A stretch of DNA of 64,000 bases from Candidatus Omnitrophota bacterium (GCA_043826565.1 JBDRPX010000003.1:3614-67613), one strand, 5' to 3'; counted from the stretch's first letter, positions 1 to 10,318 are shown. Numbers and translations: made by a program. Notes: generated by a model from the letters alone, not told the origin.

Positions 1-2
1 TG

Positions 3-1634
3 TGGAAAAATAACATGAAAGATAAGGGTGTTCAGGACGAGAAGGCTTTAGATGCCTTTGCCCAAGCACTGCGAAATGCGACTGTTACTGGTGACCAGAT
101 TACTATGCAGATTGGCGCAGCTCAGATAGTTGCTTCTGTCCAGGATGGAAAAGTTGCGGTAGTTCCTAGTCAGGGAGAACTTGCCAAAGAATTGGCCAAG
201 ATTACCGGGACTAGTGCTGTTGGACGTTATAATAAGGAAGGAAATACTTCCGCGCAGAACCAGGCAGGTTTTGATAATCTGATGAGTAAAGCCTTTGCGA
301 CATTTCAGACCCGTGATATGAGCGGATTACTGGATGCGATGGAAGCAAGAATTAATAAGAATACTGATCTTGACGCAGCGGGTAAGACAGCTGCTTTGGA
401 AACTCTGGCTAAATTAAGAGCAATGAACGCAGCCGGAAACCTGGGAATGATCGAGTCTCAGGTTGAAGGACAAGAGCAGTATGTTATTGCCGGAAGCAAA
501 GATGGTAAAATTGGTTTAAGCACTGCTTTCTTTGACGGCAATGAATTATCCGCGTTTGGTGAGCAGATACTTTTCCATGAAGCTCAGCCGGAAGGAAGTT
601 ATGCTGATCATCGAGCGGCATATACTACCGGGTTACAGAGCAAAGTTTATGCTGAACAGATCAGGGATGCGGGAAATGCCATGCGTCAACATATTGATGC
701 CCAGGCTCCTCAGGCAGCAGCTGTTGATGTGGACATGAATGTAGCGCTGGGAATTACCAAAATGACCGAAACTCAGGCAGATGCAATTTTAGAAAAAGCT
801 GATATTGATGCGTCTGCTTTAGATGCTCAGCAGAAAATTGATATAACTACACAGATTTTAAGCACTCAGGTTAAGGACGCAATTACTAATCCGGCATCAG
901 TTGCCGCACGTAATACAAGTGCTGGTTTTGCAAAGTTAACATTGACCAGTACTGATGGGGCTAATGCCGCGGTGAGTGTGGCTGCTTTGAGTGGTGAAGA
1001 AGTCAGAGATATGATCGTGAATAAAAGAACTATCGCATTAAGTTCTGAAGCAGGGTTGATTAATAAAGACGGGAAATTAGTACCGAATACAATTCTTGCT
1101 CAGGCAATTTCTATTGCGGTTGATGTAAAAGATGTAACTGTTGCCGAAGGACAGCCGAAACCATTTAATATTATCAATGTTCCTCAGGCTAATGTAGAGC
1201 AGTTAAGCAGAATGTTCATGGCTTTAGGTATTGCGCATTTGTTTGATGTTCGGACTGCTAATGAACAGGTTTTAGCGGATGCGGGTGTGCCGGCGGCTAA
1301 TATATCTGTTGTGTATACACAGGGTGAATCAATTGCTAACATAACCGGAGCATTTTACCTGCAGTTAGATAGTGAAGTATTGAGAACTATGGCATCAGGC
1401 ACGGTTGTTAATGGTACTGTGGTATATGATAGTTTGGGAGTATTCATGGCGGCTGTCTCTCAGGATATTCAGCGCTTAGGATTAAGTGCCGAAGCACAGC
1501 AGGCATATACTTTAGCACGTGCTAAAGGTGAAGTTTTTAATGCAGTACCTCAGCTGACAGTTGCTAATGAAGCCCAGTATCAGGCAGCTTCTAGTGAGTA
1601 CAATAAACTCGTAAGTCTTTGTGAACAGGCATAA
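3..1634 (+). CDS. Probable C-terminal part of a larger Ala/Gln-rich protein truncated by the window start
   Basis: The frame is open upstream of the ATG at 15 (TGG AAA AAT AAC ATG) with no clear RBS. It ends ..KLVSLCEQA*, resembling the C-terminal tail of the neighbouring leader-family proteins, and is followed by a terminator. Confidence 0.7.
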   Translation, partial: WKNNMKDKGVQDEKALDAFAQALRNATVTGDQITMQIGAAQIVASVQDGKVAVVPSQGELAKELAKITGTSAVGRYNKEGNTSAQNQAGFDNLMSKAFATFQTRDMSGLLDAMEARINKNTDLDAAGKTAALETLAKLRAMNAAGNLGMIESQVEGQEQYVIAGSKDGKIGLSTAFFDGNELSAFGEQILFHEAQPEGSYADHRAAYTTGLQSKVYAEQIRDAGNAMRQHIDAQAPQAAAVDVDMNVALGITKMTETQADAILEKADIDASALDAQQKIDITTQILSTQVKDAITNPASVAARNTSAGFAKLTLTSTDGANAAVSVAALSGEEVRDMIVNKRTIALSSEAGLINKDGKLVPNTILAQAISIAVDVKDVTVAEGQPKPFNIINVPQANVEQLSRMFMALGIAHLFDVRTANEQVLADAGVPAANISVVYTQGESIANITGAFYLQLDSEVLRTMASGTVVNGTVVYDSLGVFMAAVSQDIQRLGLSAEAQQAYTLARAKGEVFNAVPQLTVANEAQYQAASSEYNKLVSLCEQA

Positions 1635-1713
1635 TATATGCCGGGTATACGCCCATTGCTGATGTTCTTGGAAAAATAATAAATACAGCATATAAGATTT
1701 AGAATAGGATGGG

Positions 1714-1756
1714 AGGGTGGGCGAAACACAATAATAATGTTTCGCCCACCCTTTTA
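1714..1756 (+). terminator. Rho-independent terminator
   Basis: Perfect 15-bp inverted repeat AGGGTGGGCGAAACA (1714-1728) / TGTTTCGCCCACCCT (1738-1752) followed by a short T run. Confidence 0.8.
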
Positions 1757-1816
1757 CCTTTAATGGGTAAAAGGAAAATACTGAAACTAAATATAAATAT
1801 AGAGAAGGAGAAATTG

Positions 1817-3463
1817 ATGAAAGCAACACTAGTGTTACGTAAGTATCTGTTTCTCATCAGAATTCTTCTTCCTTGCCTAATACTGGTTTCCGGTATAGTT
1901 GTAAAAACTTGCTGCGCGGATTCTTTTTTGAAAACACGCGTGGAAAAGATTGACACTCCGCAGCTTAAAGAAGTTAATCGCATAAAGCAGGTTTTGCGCC
2001 ACTTTGATATTCCCAGAGATATCGGGTTTATTAAAGAACTGCATGTTTCCAATCAGCCCAGCGAGAAATTAGTAATTACTATTCAGGATTTGCATTGCCA
2101 TTATCAGGCCCAAAAAAATATTGCGGCTTTATTAGATTATCTCATCAATACTTACGGGCTAAAAGTTGTCAGTGTCGAAGGCGGTTCCGGAAAGATTGAT
2201 ACTACTTTTTATAAAGAATTACCGGATGCGAATGTTAAGGAGCAGGTCGCTGATTATTTTTTAAGAGAAGCCCGGATTAATGGTACGGAATATTTTGCGA
2301 TTACGACAAAAAAAGACATTGCTCTTTACGGAGCCGAAGACGCGAAATATTATGATAAGAATCTGGAAGCATTTTTAAAAGCGCTGCCCAAAAGAGAGAC
2401 TATTTTAGAGGGGATCGCGGTTTTAGAAAATGATTTAAATATATTAAAAGACCGTATCTATAATAAACATTTAAGAGAACTTGATGATCTTGTGGTTGCT
2501 TATGATAACGGAACATTGCCGTTTGAGGATTATGTTTTATATATCGCTGATCATTATTCGCAGGATAAGATAAAAAGTGAATTTACTCAGCTGCCGAATT
2601 TAGTCGATAGTATCAGGATAAAAAAAGATATGGACCTTGAAGAAGCGGAAAAACAGCGCGGGGAGATGATTGATTATTTGACCAACAAGCTTACCCGTTT
2701 GGAACTTGAAGATTTCTTAAAGGTAACCTTGGAATTTAAGTCTAAGAGCATCGATAGTCTCCAGTACCATAACCGGCTTAAGGATTTGTATGCTCAAATG
2801 GAGGTTAAGTCTAAAACTCTTGACCGGGCCTGGCCGGAACTTAGTAAGTATATGGAATATCTGAATAAATATGAAACGTTAGATAAATTTGTTATGTTTC
2901 ATGAGATAAATGAAGTTCTTGATCGGATAAAGGATTCAATGTATACAAGTTATACGCAAAAGGATCTGGATTATTGCTTGAGTACTGTCCGCCTGGCGAG
3001 AAATTTATTTTCCACCAAGCTGCTTACCCGGGATCTTCCGGTTATGGAGAAGCACAAGAGTGATTTTAGCGCTCGTAAGCTTACGAAATTTATTAAAACT
3101 CAAAGCAAAAGATTGAAGTTAAATCTGCCGATTCCGGCAGGAATTAATGAAATGCAGGAAAATCTTCCTATTTTAGAAGATTTTTATGACTATGCTTCCC
3201 GGAGAAATGATGTTTTAGCCGAGAATACTTTGCAGGGGATGAATAATGAGGGAGAATGCATTGGTGTTTTGATAACCGGCGGTTTTCACACGGACGGAAT
3301 ATCCGAGTATTTTAAAGAAAGACGGATCAGCTATGTTGTGATTGCTCCGGTTGTGGATAAATTAGATGAAGATGATACCCGGTATATTCGGGCATTACAG
3401 GGGAAAAAGACTCCGTTTGAATTGCAGCTGGAACAGGAAGAAAAATTGGCGAAACAGGAATAA
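1817..3463 (+). CDS. Exported protein with IQDxH..AQxNI / VEG / TGGFH motifs (possible ChaN/TraB/Tiki/EreA-like metallo-fold)
   Basis: AAGGAG RBS before ATG 1817; N-terminal hydrophobic segment; motifs ITIQDLHCHYQAQKNI, VSVEGG, YGAED, RRNDV, LITGGFHTDGI with a long helical insert. The fold assignment is inference. Confidence 0.75.
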   Translation: MKATLVLRKYLFLIRILLPCLILVSGIVVKTCCADSFLKTRVEKIDTPQLKEVNRIKQVLRHFDIPRDIGFIKELHVSNQPSEKLVITIQDLHCHYQAQKNIAALLDYLINTYGLKVVSVEGGSGKIDTTFYKELPDANVKEQVADYFLREARINGTEYFAITTKKDIALYGAEDAKYYDKNLEAFLKALPKRETILEGIAVLENDLNILKDRIYNKHLRELDDLVVAYDNGTLPFEDYVLYIADHYSQDKIKSEFTQLPNLVDSIRIKKDMDLEEAEKQRGEMIDYLTNKLTRLELEDFLKVTLEFKSKSIDSLQYHNRLKDLYAQMEVKSKTLDRAWPELSKYMEYLNKYETLDKFVMFHEINEVLDRIKDSMYTSYTQKDLDYCLSTVRLARNLFSTKLLTRDLPVMEKHKSDFSARKLTKFIKTQSKRLKLNLPIPAGINEMQENLPILEDFYDYASRRNDVLAENTLQGMNNEGECIGVLITGGFHTDGISEYFKERRISYVVIAPVVDKLDEDDTRYIRALQGKKTPFELQLEQEEKLAKQE

Positions 3464-3485
3464 TAAATAAAAATAAAGGAAGATT

Positions 3486-6485
3486 ATGTTTAAGCAAAAA
3501 GAAGGTTTATTGAGAAAAGCATTTATAGTATTCCTTATTAATATATTTATTTTTGCGAATACGCAAGGATCATTTGCGGCACAGGTATATGTTGAACATA
3601 AGAATATGGAGACTTCTACACTGGCTCCGAATCTGCGCATGACCATGGATACGCTGAGAATGGTATTCAATAGTTTTATGAATCCGTCTAAGGAAATTAA
3701 AATTCGCAATTTAAATATTTCCTGCGGAGTATTATCCGATCTGGTTAAAGAAATACAAGCAACTGAAACCGGTTGTATAATCACTAATAAAAATGGTGAT
3801 ACTTTAAATGTAGATGCTATTCAATACGGTGATTTCGATCTATTACAGGTCGGTGACATAAGGTATGTTGTCCGGGATACATCCCAAACAGTTGATCTCG
3901 CTCAGATAAATCCATTGGCAAATACGGCTTATCAGCAGTTTTTCGGAATTGATATTAATGCTATTTCTCCGGAACAGTTGGGATTTGCTCTGCCGGTTGC
4001 CGAAGCAAAAGAAAAAAATAGTGTGGATATGTTCCCGGTACGGGGACAGACTGCGGATACGGTTTTAGCATCCGCGCGTGAGTTTGTTCTAAAAGCACAG
4101 GGAATGGTAGATGCCGGATCTTCACTGAACCGCCGTTTGATAAACGAATTGCTGAATAATATTTTAATTATCGGTTTAAACGGCAGCTGGGAAGATTATT
4201 ATTTAGCTAAGGATGTGCTGGAAAAATATAGGGAAGTGAAGCATTTTTCTGATTATAAGAATATCATGGTCAATATGATGAACGGATTGTTTTTTTCCTA
4301 TGTCAGCTGTGACTGGAGAAAAGTAGAGGAGTACAGCAGGATAATTCTGCAGGGAGAAAAAAGCGTTTCCGGACGCACAAAAACAATGTTTGAATTACCC
4401 ATAGAAAATGCTCGTCTTCCAGTAAATAATACCGTAGATTATGAAGTGGAAAGCATAAAAATACTGGGTGAAGAAGAATTGGAGCATATGGCTACTGATG
4501 ATTCCCGGGAAGAATTTCGTTTAGGACAATCCGCGGTTGAGCAGGGCCGGATTGTTTCTATTCCCTTTTGCGGCGGTTCCGCGACAACAGTAAAAAACCT
4601 TATTGGAGAACATAAATTAGTGCATCAGGCGATTAAAGTGAGGGTGAAAAAAGCCGATGGAACTGAAGAAATAAGATATATAAGTGTTACGGACGCGCGG
4701 TTAGGTTTATTACGCGCGCAGAATCCCAACGCGCAAATTGCTATGGTTACCAGTGTCTCCGAGCCTGGTGGTGTGGATAGTGATAAAAGTATCAGACAGG
4801 CCATATCCAAGCGTTACCCCGGAGCCTTAGCCGACGGTAGAATCAGTATTTCTATGCAGAGAGCGCAAACAGTACTGAATAATAAAACCGGTTATCCTAT
4901 GCGTTTTGACAGCGGTTATACCGCGGCTTGCGCGGAAAACCATATGTGGGCTTTATTAGCGGTATTGATGAATAAAGAGGCGATGATTAATTATTTAAAA
5001 AACAGTGACGGTATTTTTTCTATCGGTAACGGTGATAATATATTGAATATTGTAAAAGAAGGCATGGTCGGCGCTATTTTAAAAGCCAGAGAACAAGGCC
5101 GGGCTTTGGCCACAGTTCCTCTGGCAGCATTATCTGCCGGAGACAGAAAAGGCGGAGTAATGGTGGAAGTTACTTATCGTCATAAAGACAGGCATTCGGA
5201 AAAAATAGTGCAAAAAGAGATCCGTGAGATCAGTGAATTCCCGACACGTCCGGGCAGCGGTTTTTCCGGAGTTACCATTGACGCGGAAAAAGAATTAGAG
5301 GCTTTTCAGTATTTTGAGCAAAAGGGCTGGTTTATTGAAGATTTGTTCGGAAATACCGCGAAAGCGTTTAATGTCGCGTTTTACGCGATTGACGGACGTT
5401 TAATAATTTCCCGAATATTTGGTTTTGATGAAAATAGCGCTGGTTTTATCGAACAGTTGGAAAAGATCAGTGCGGATGAATGGATAAATAGAATACTTGA
5501 TATTGTTTATGAGGTGCAAACTACGGTAAAGCCGTCCAAAGGAGTTCCTAATGAAAATGGAACAGATACGGTAAAAGGACGAATAATTGAAAATGCCGTA
5601 CAGGATTTTATTGTTAATGGCTTGGCATTATTAGCAAAAGAGGGAAAGCCTAATCTGGAAGCAGAGATGCTTATTGCCGACAGAAAGGATATTTTTTTAC
5701 CTTACAAAGGAACGGCCCAGCAGAGATTGGATAAAAAAGGAGAACCGATCCTGGGAACTAATGTTTATGATTTGATCGCCAATCAGGACCGCATTGCCGG
5801 AGTTATTGAGGAAATGGCTGCTCAGGGGCAATTAGCTGATTTAGGTAATGGAGAACAGGTGCTGGAAGCAATCCCGATTTATAATCTTGATGAAATTATG
5901 ATCGCCAGCAGTGATGAGGGTTTAACACCGAGTGATATTAGTGAAGATATGGTCATCCGTCATTCTTTGGCACGTTTGGCAAAACACACTCAATCAACCA
6001 GTGCTAAAATATTAAAATCTTTTGGTTTGATCCCGGATAATAAGGAAAACGCAAAAAAGAACTTATTGAGTATTCGTGATGCGGCGAAGAGCCTGAAAGA
6101 AGAAATCGAAACTATGGCCTATCACCGGGTAATTTATGATACGATTGATAATGTTTTAAGACCGAAATATAAATTAGATGGTATTCTTATTAATATTGAA
6201 ACAACAAGCCAGTTAATTGTCGAGAGGATGGATAGTGAAGGTTTTAATTATGCCGAAGCAATGTTAAGATTATCTGAGGCCTTGGGCGAACTTAGTGTTT
6301 TTGCTCATGATTTTTTAGAAGCATCTTCGCAGGAATTGATTTTAGGGGAAGTTGCTCCGAATAAAACAGCGATCGATATTACCAGGATGGTTTTAAATGG
6401 AAGAGCTCCGGTTGATCAGCAGGAACCGGGTAAAGCAAATGTAGAAGCCCTAGATTCCGTAAATATGGTTTTGCAGGCTATATAG
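3486..6485 (+). CDS. Leader-family protein containing a UDPGP-family (eukaryote-type UGPase/UAP) nucleotidyltransferase domain
   Basis: GGA RBS-like motif upstream. Ordered motifs CGGSATT..HK, ENH, GNGDNI, KGG, REISEFP, FNVAF, IENAV and FLPYK match the NGGLGT..K, GHG, SNxDNL, KGG, LExAQ, FNTNN, LETA and FxPVK series of PF01704 enzymes. It has the N-terminal leader with LAP and ends VLQAI*. Confidence 0.75.
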   Translation: MFKQKEGLLRKAFIVFLINIFIFANTQGSFAAQVYVEHKNMETSTLAPNLRMTMDTLRMVFNSFMNPSKEIKIRNLNISCGVLSDLVKEIQATETGCIITNKNGDTLNVDAIQYGDFDLLQVGDIRYVVRDTSQTVDLAQINPLANTAYQQFFGIDINAISPEQLGFALPVAEAKEKNSVDMFPVRGQTADTVLASAREFVLKAQGMVDAGSSLNRRLINELLNNILIIGLNGSWEDYYLAKDVLEKYREVKHFSDYKNIMVNMMNGLFFSYVSCDWRKVEEYSRIILQGEKSVSGRTKTMFELPIENARLPVNNTVDYEVESIKILGEEELEHMATDDSREEFRLGQSAVEQGRIVSIPFCGGSATTVKNLIGEHKLVHQAIKVRVKKADGTEEIRYISVTDARLGLLRAQNPNAQIAMVTSVSEPGGVDSDKSIRQAISKRYPGALADGRISISMQRAQTVLNNKTGYPMRFDSGYTAACAENHMWALLAVLMNKEAMINYLKNSDGIFSIGNGDNILNIVKEGMVGAILKAREQGRALATVPLAALSAGDRKGGVMVEVTYRHKDRHSEKIVQKEIREISEFPTRPGSGFSGVTIDAEKELEAFQYFEQKGWFIEDLFGNTAKAFNVAFYAIDGRLIISRIFGFDENSAGFIEQLEKISADEWINRILDIVYEVQTTVKPSKGVPNENGTDTVKGRIIENAVQDFIVNGLALLAKEGKPNLEAEMLIADRKDIFLPYKGTAQQRLDKKGEPILGTNVYDLIANQDRIAGVIEEMAAQGQLADLGNGEQVLEAIPIYNLDEIMIASSDEGLTPSDISEDMVIRHSLARLAKHTQSTSAKILKSFGLIPDNKENAKKNLLSIRDAAKSLKEEIETMAYHRVIYDTIDNVLRPKYKLDGILINIETTSQLIVERMDSEGFNYAEAMLRLSEALGELSVFAHDFLEASSQELILGEVAPNKTAIDITRMVLNGRAPVDQQEPGKANVEALDSVNMVLQAI

Positions 6486-6493
6486 TAATAAAG

Positions 6494-6518
6494 TTGAGTG
6501 AAGATGTTCTTCACTCAA
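6494..6518. terminator. Intergenic hairpin (possible terminator or processing stem)
   Basis: TTGAGTGAAGA-tgt-TCTTCACTCAA perfect 11-bp inverted repeat just after the stop at 6485; no clear U-tract. Confidence 0.45.
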
Positions 6519-6583
6519 ATACTCATTGGTAGTGCTGGGAAATTTTATGGCCGGTAAATAAATGAGTTTAAAAAGGATGTGTT

Positions 6584-6967
6584 ATGGCTGAAGAAAAACG
6601 CAAATTTATTCGTGTTAAGACCCGCAAGTCTGTAGCTAACTGCCGATTACTCGCAAATGAGAGATCCGGGGAAAGTAAATTCGCGGTTTGGCCGGTTAAA
6701 GATCTTGGAATCGGCGGAGCTGCAGTTTATTGCGAAGATGATATTCCTTTGGAAACCCTGGCCTATTTGAATATGGACCTTGATGTGATCAGAAGAACTA
6801 TTGGGGTTATTGCTAAAGTAATCTGGCGTCAGGCCAAGGATGCCGGATATGAATTAGGTTTGCGGTTTTGCTGGTGGCCGTTGACAGATGACCGGGATGT
6901 CATGGCTGATTATATTGAAAATAAAATAACTTATAACGATACTTCCGAGGAAGTATTACTAGGATAG
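6584..6967 (+). CDS. Stand-alone PilZ-domain protein
   Basis: EKRKFIR (RxxxR) and DLGIGG (D/NxSxxG variant) motifs; AKVIW and YELGLRF strands; AAGGA RBS. Confidence 0.85.
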   Translation: MAEEKRKFIRVKTRKSVANCRLLANERSGESKFAVWPVKDLGIGGAAVYCEDDIPLETLAYLNMDLDVIRRTIGVIAKVIWRQAKDAGYELGLRFCWWPLTDDRDVMADYIENKITYNDTSEEVLLG

Positions 6968-6969
6968 AG

Positions 6970-7004
6970 AACCATTCTCTCACCCCCGGGGTGAGGGAAT
7001 GGTT
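6970..7004. repeat. Near-perfect palindrome with CACCCCCGGGGTG core (REP-like)
   Basis: AACCATTCTCTCACCCC-C-GGGGTGAGGGAATGGTT with one mismatch. The core recurs at 63982-63998. Confidence 0.7.
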
Positions 7005-7029
7005 GGTAAATCAGGAGGAAATCAGGTTA

Positions 7030-9669
7030 ATGCGTGCTCTGAATTTGAAAAACAGGATGTGTTTCAAAATTACAGCTTTTATTATTTTACAGGTGTTTCT
7101 ATTGTCCAGTACAGTAGGCGCAGCTGGGTTGGATCATTTTGCAGTTAATGATCGCGCGGAGTGTCTTGCGCCGTCTGTGCGTTTGGATAACTCTCTGCTT
7201 ATGGATGTGTTTAAAAGAGCGTCGGAGCAAGGTACTGGGCTAGGGGTATTCTCTATTGAGTCAGAAGATATCAACACGGAAGTTGCTGAAGGACTAGTAA
7301 ATTCTTCAAAACAGGCAGCTGACGAGGGAACTTCCGGGCCGAATAATAGCGGGCAATCAGTTAATGGGACAAACAGTGCTCCCGGGCAGATGTTTTTTGG
7401 CAGCGGTAATCCGGAACAAATTGAAGAGCCGATCTGGCCGCCGCCGCAAGCAGAAGCGATCGTTGTCGGCAATGGAAATAATTTCGGCTTACCTTATTTG
7501 TGGAAAAAAGATGAAATGATCAAAGCTTTAAGAGCCTATGGCTTGGCTTGTAATTGGGATGAGTTTTCCCGGATGGAACTGCGCAGCCTTTTAAAAACAT
7601 TAGGAGAATTAATTGAAAAAGACGGTACTTTTGCCGCGAACTTAGCCGCGGTAAAGCCTTTGGCAGTAACCAGAGGTTCTTATTATGTTAATAAGGGAAG
7701 AAAAGACAGTAATCAGCTGGCAAAAATAGTGCAGAGTAAAGGCGAAACCCGGTTGGTATTGTATAAGCCTTTCTTTTATCAATTGATGTTCATGCCGCAA
7801 AACCGGCAGATGAAAAGAGAAGCTTTACAGCAGATCATTGGTGATTATGCGGAATCAAATTTATTTTTTGATAAGCCGCAAGCTAAAGGTAAAGAGGAAC
7901 AGCCAGTGATGGTTTCTTTTAATGATTTGGAACTTATGTCTGCTGCGGATGGTGACGCGAAATTAATAAAGATCGGAGTTCCGGAACATATGATCCCGAT
8001 CACAAAATATATTGTCTACAGATTAAAGCAGTATCGTGACCCGGCACCAGAACATCAATGGCAAAAGGGATTTTCCAATGTACGGATAGTTCGGGCGCCG
8101 GTTTTTTCCCTTAATGTTTTTGAAGCAGCTTTAAAAGAAGCTAATGTGCCTGCAGAGCATATCGATAGAAATCATATAGAAGAATTGTGTGAACTGATCA
8201 ATAAAGAGATGAAGGACCGGAAAGAAACGAGACTTGAGGTAATGTTTTTTAATAGCGCATTGCGAGTTGTTCCGGCGATCAGTCCTTTAAATGATAAACA
8301 AAAAGAAATAATTGTTAATTATTTAAACAGGGCAATTAGTGAGTTAAAAGAATATGAAAAACGTTTTTGGGTTGTTTGGGAAAAGCCGCGGGAAGACGGT
8401 GACGGCACAGAAACTGTTTTAGATATTTATGTGGATAAAATCCCTTATCTTTATACTCTTTCGCAGGATTGCCTGAAATATCCCGGAGCTCCGGATGGAG
8501 CCCGGATCTGGCGCATTGATCCGGCAAACACCGCAGAGCCGGCTAAGACATTATTAGATTTGGTGCTTGACGCATCTCTGGCTCCGCATGAAGGCGGTAA
8601 ACACGGGCACGCGATGAGAGTTCCGGTTGCGCAGGGAAGCGGTGATGCTTTAGCTATTCCCTGGGATGAGATCGAAGACGCGCAGGATCGGGAAAAAATG
8701 CTTATGGATTTCTTAGTAAGGATCGCGAAAAGAGATTGGCCGCAAATAATTCTGGATGTTTTTAAAGGCCCGCATAAATGGGTACCGGCATTAAATGCTA
8801 TTGGCAATGCTTTAAAACAAAAAGGCCAGGGCCCTTATTTGCCGGGGCCAAGGCCTATTACCCAGTCAATAATCAGAGAAGTTCAGGCTAATGCCGGAGT
8901 ATTTCATGAATCCGGGATCATGGGCCTTGCGGTCGGGCAATGGTTTTTCCATGTTTATTGCGCGGATGATATCGGCCGGATACACGCGAACAATAATATT
9001 GATTATTATTTGGCTACGCGCTGCACATTTTTAGATGCCAAACAGCGTGATGAGGTAAAACGCTGGGTAGTTAAAATTAATAATGCCCACCGCAGTTTAC
9101 TGGGGCAGAAACCGCAGGAATTAAACATTGTATTTGATACTGATGACGGTTATCTGTTTGGGACGAAAGTTCCCACAAATAGCGGCGGGCTGTTTGCGAA
9201 TTTAACAAGTAGAAAAATCGGAACAGGAATGTTTTCTTTACTGGCAAGTATTTTTACGCTCAAGAGTATTTTTGGGGTTCCGGCTGCGGAAGCGGCAGTG
9301 CCCGGAATTGTTAAGGCAGGATTTGCCGGTTCCGGAGGCTCATTACTTTTCGCTGTTGGAATTACTCTGGCGATTGGCGTTCCTCTGGTGATTATTGTTT
9401 TTTCCAGAAGATATCTAAACAGCAGAAGAGTTTCCCTGGCTTTGCGTGCCGGTATTGGCGGGCCGGTAGAATATACTGCTGGTAATAAATATCCTCTGGG
9501 AACAGGATGGGGGGATATTATACCGGCTAATAAAGATATTATTAGCGCAACAGCAGCAGCAGCCAGCGCTTTTGTCCGAAAAAGAGGATCAATGGTAACT
9601 CCTCCGGTTGATAATGGTAGTGGAGTCGGCAGCCGTAATACAGGTGTTTTGATAGAGTCATCAATTTAG
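7030..9669 (+). CDS. Leader-family protein of unknown function with C-proximal membrane helices
   Basis: AGGAGG RBS before ATG 7030; leader FKITAFIILQVFLL..GAAG..CLAPSVRL; hydrophobic stretch LLFAVGITLAIGVPLVIIVF; ends VLIESSI*. Confidence 0.8.
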   Translation: MRALNLKNRMCFKITAFIILQVFLLSSTVGAAGLDHFAVNDRAECLAPSVRLDNSLLMDVFKRASEQGTGLGVFSIESEDINTEVAEGLVNSSKQAADEGTSGPNNSGQSVNGTNSAPGQMFFGSGNPEQIEEPIWPPPQAEAIVVGNGNNFGLPYLWKKDEMIKALRAYGLACNWDEFSRMELRSLLKTLGELIEKDGTFAANLAAVKPLAVTRGSYYVNKGRKDSNQLAKIVQSKGETRLVLYKPFFYQLMFMPQNRQMKREALQQIIGDYAESNLFFDKPQAKGKEEQPVMVSFNDLELMSAADGDAKLIKIGVPEHMIPITKYIVYRLKQYRDPAPEHQWQKGFSNVRIVRAPVFSLNVFEAALKEANVPAEHIDRNHIEELCELINKEMKDRKETRLEVMFFNSALRVVPAISPLNDKQKEIIVNYLNRAISELKEYEKRFWVVWEKPREDGDGTETVLDIYVDKIPYLYTLSQDCLKYPGAPDGARIWRIDPANTAEPAKTLLDLVLDASLAPHEGGKHGHAMRVPVAQGSGDALAIPWDEIEDAQDREKMLMDFLVRIAKRDWPQIILDVFKGPHKWVPALNAIGNALKQKGQGPYLPGPRPITQSIIREVQANAGVFHESGIMGLAVGQWFFHVYCADDIGRIHANNNIDYYLATRCTFLDAKQRDEVKRWVVKINNAHRSLLGQKPQELNIVFDTDDGYLFGTKVPTNSGGLFANLTSRKIGTGMFSLLASIFTLKSIFGVPAAEAAVPGIVKAGFAGSGGSLLFAVGITLAIGVPLVIIVFSRRYLNSRRVSLALRAGIGGPVEYTAGNKYPLGTGWGDIIPANKDIISATAAAASAFVRKRGSMVTPPVDNGSGVGSRNTGVLIESSI

Positions 9670-9688
9670 ATTTTAAAAGAGAATTAAA

Positions 9689-10054
9689 ATGTCAGATAAA
9701 GAAAGAAGACAATACAAAAGAATTAAAGTTGAAAAGATTGGGGCGGATTACCGTCTTGTTGACCCTAATTTTTGGGCCCAGTCCAGAGCGCAGGGGAAAA
9801 ACAGTTTGCAGGATATTAGCCTTAGCGGAGCATCGTTTAATACCGGAGATATTTTGCCGGAAGATTCTGTTTTGGATTTAAATCTAAAATTGGGAAGTCT
9901 GATAAATATTGATGGGATTTGCGGCCGCATTGTCCGCGTACGAAAACTCACTAGCGAGAATTTTGAAATTGGGGTTGTTTTTTCCTGGTGGGAAAGAGAA
10001 GAAGATAAGCAAAATCTCGTAAAATTTATGGAACAAACCGGAACTAAACAATAG
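9689..10054 (+). CDS. Stand-alone PilZ-domain protein
   Basis: Canonical ERRQYKR and DISLSG motifs; GRIVRV and FEIGVVF strands. Confidence 0.9.
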   Translation: MSDKERRQYKRIKVEKIGADYRLVDPNFWAQSRAQGKNSLQDISLSGASFNTGDILPEDSVLDLNLKLGSLINIDGICGRIVRVRKLTSENFEIGVVFSWWEREEDKQNLVKFMEQTGTKQ

Positions 10055-10318
10055 AGCATCCTGAGAGGTTCCGCGAGCGAAGCGAAGCGCAAAAGCGGAA
10101 CAGGTTGCCCGCAATCCGATGGTGCGATTTCAACACATCCCCTTCCTTTAATTAGTCTATTATAGAAACAAATTTTTTAGTTATTTGTGATGAATTTGTG
10201 TTTTATTTTAAAAATTTCTTTTAAATATAATTTTTTAAAGTAAAATATTTAGTTAAGAAAATAACGCATTTTTGGGCAAGTCAAGAAATGACTGGTTTTA
10301 GCTGATGGGATATTTTCG

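Noticed and set aside
1709-1816. Longer start of the 584-aa ORF
   Set aside because: It runs through the terminator hairpin; the RBS supports ATG 1817.
6991-7029. GTG start of the 892-aa ORF
   Set aside because: It lies inside a palindrome; AGGAGG supports ATG 7030.
10055-10135. c-di-GMP-I or SAM riboswitch call
   Set aside because: Only scattered consensus words match, the required pairings could not be built, and it lies upstream of the promoter rather than in the 5' UTR.
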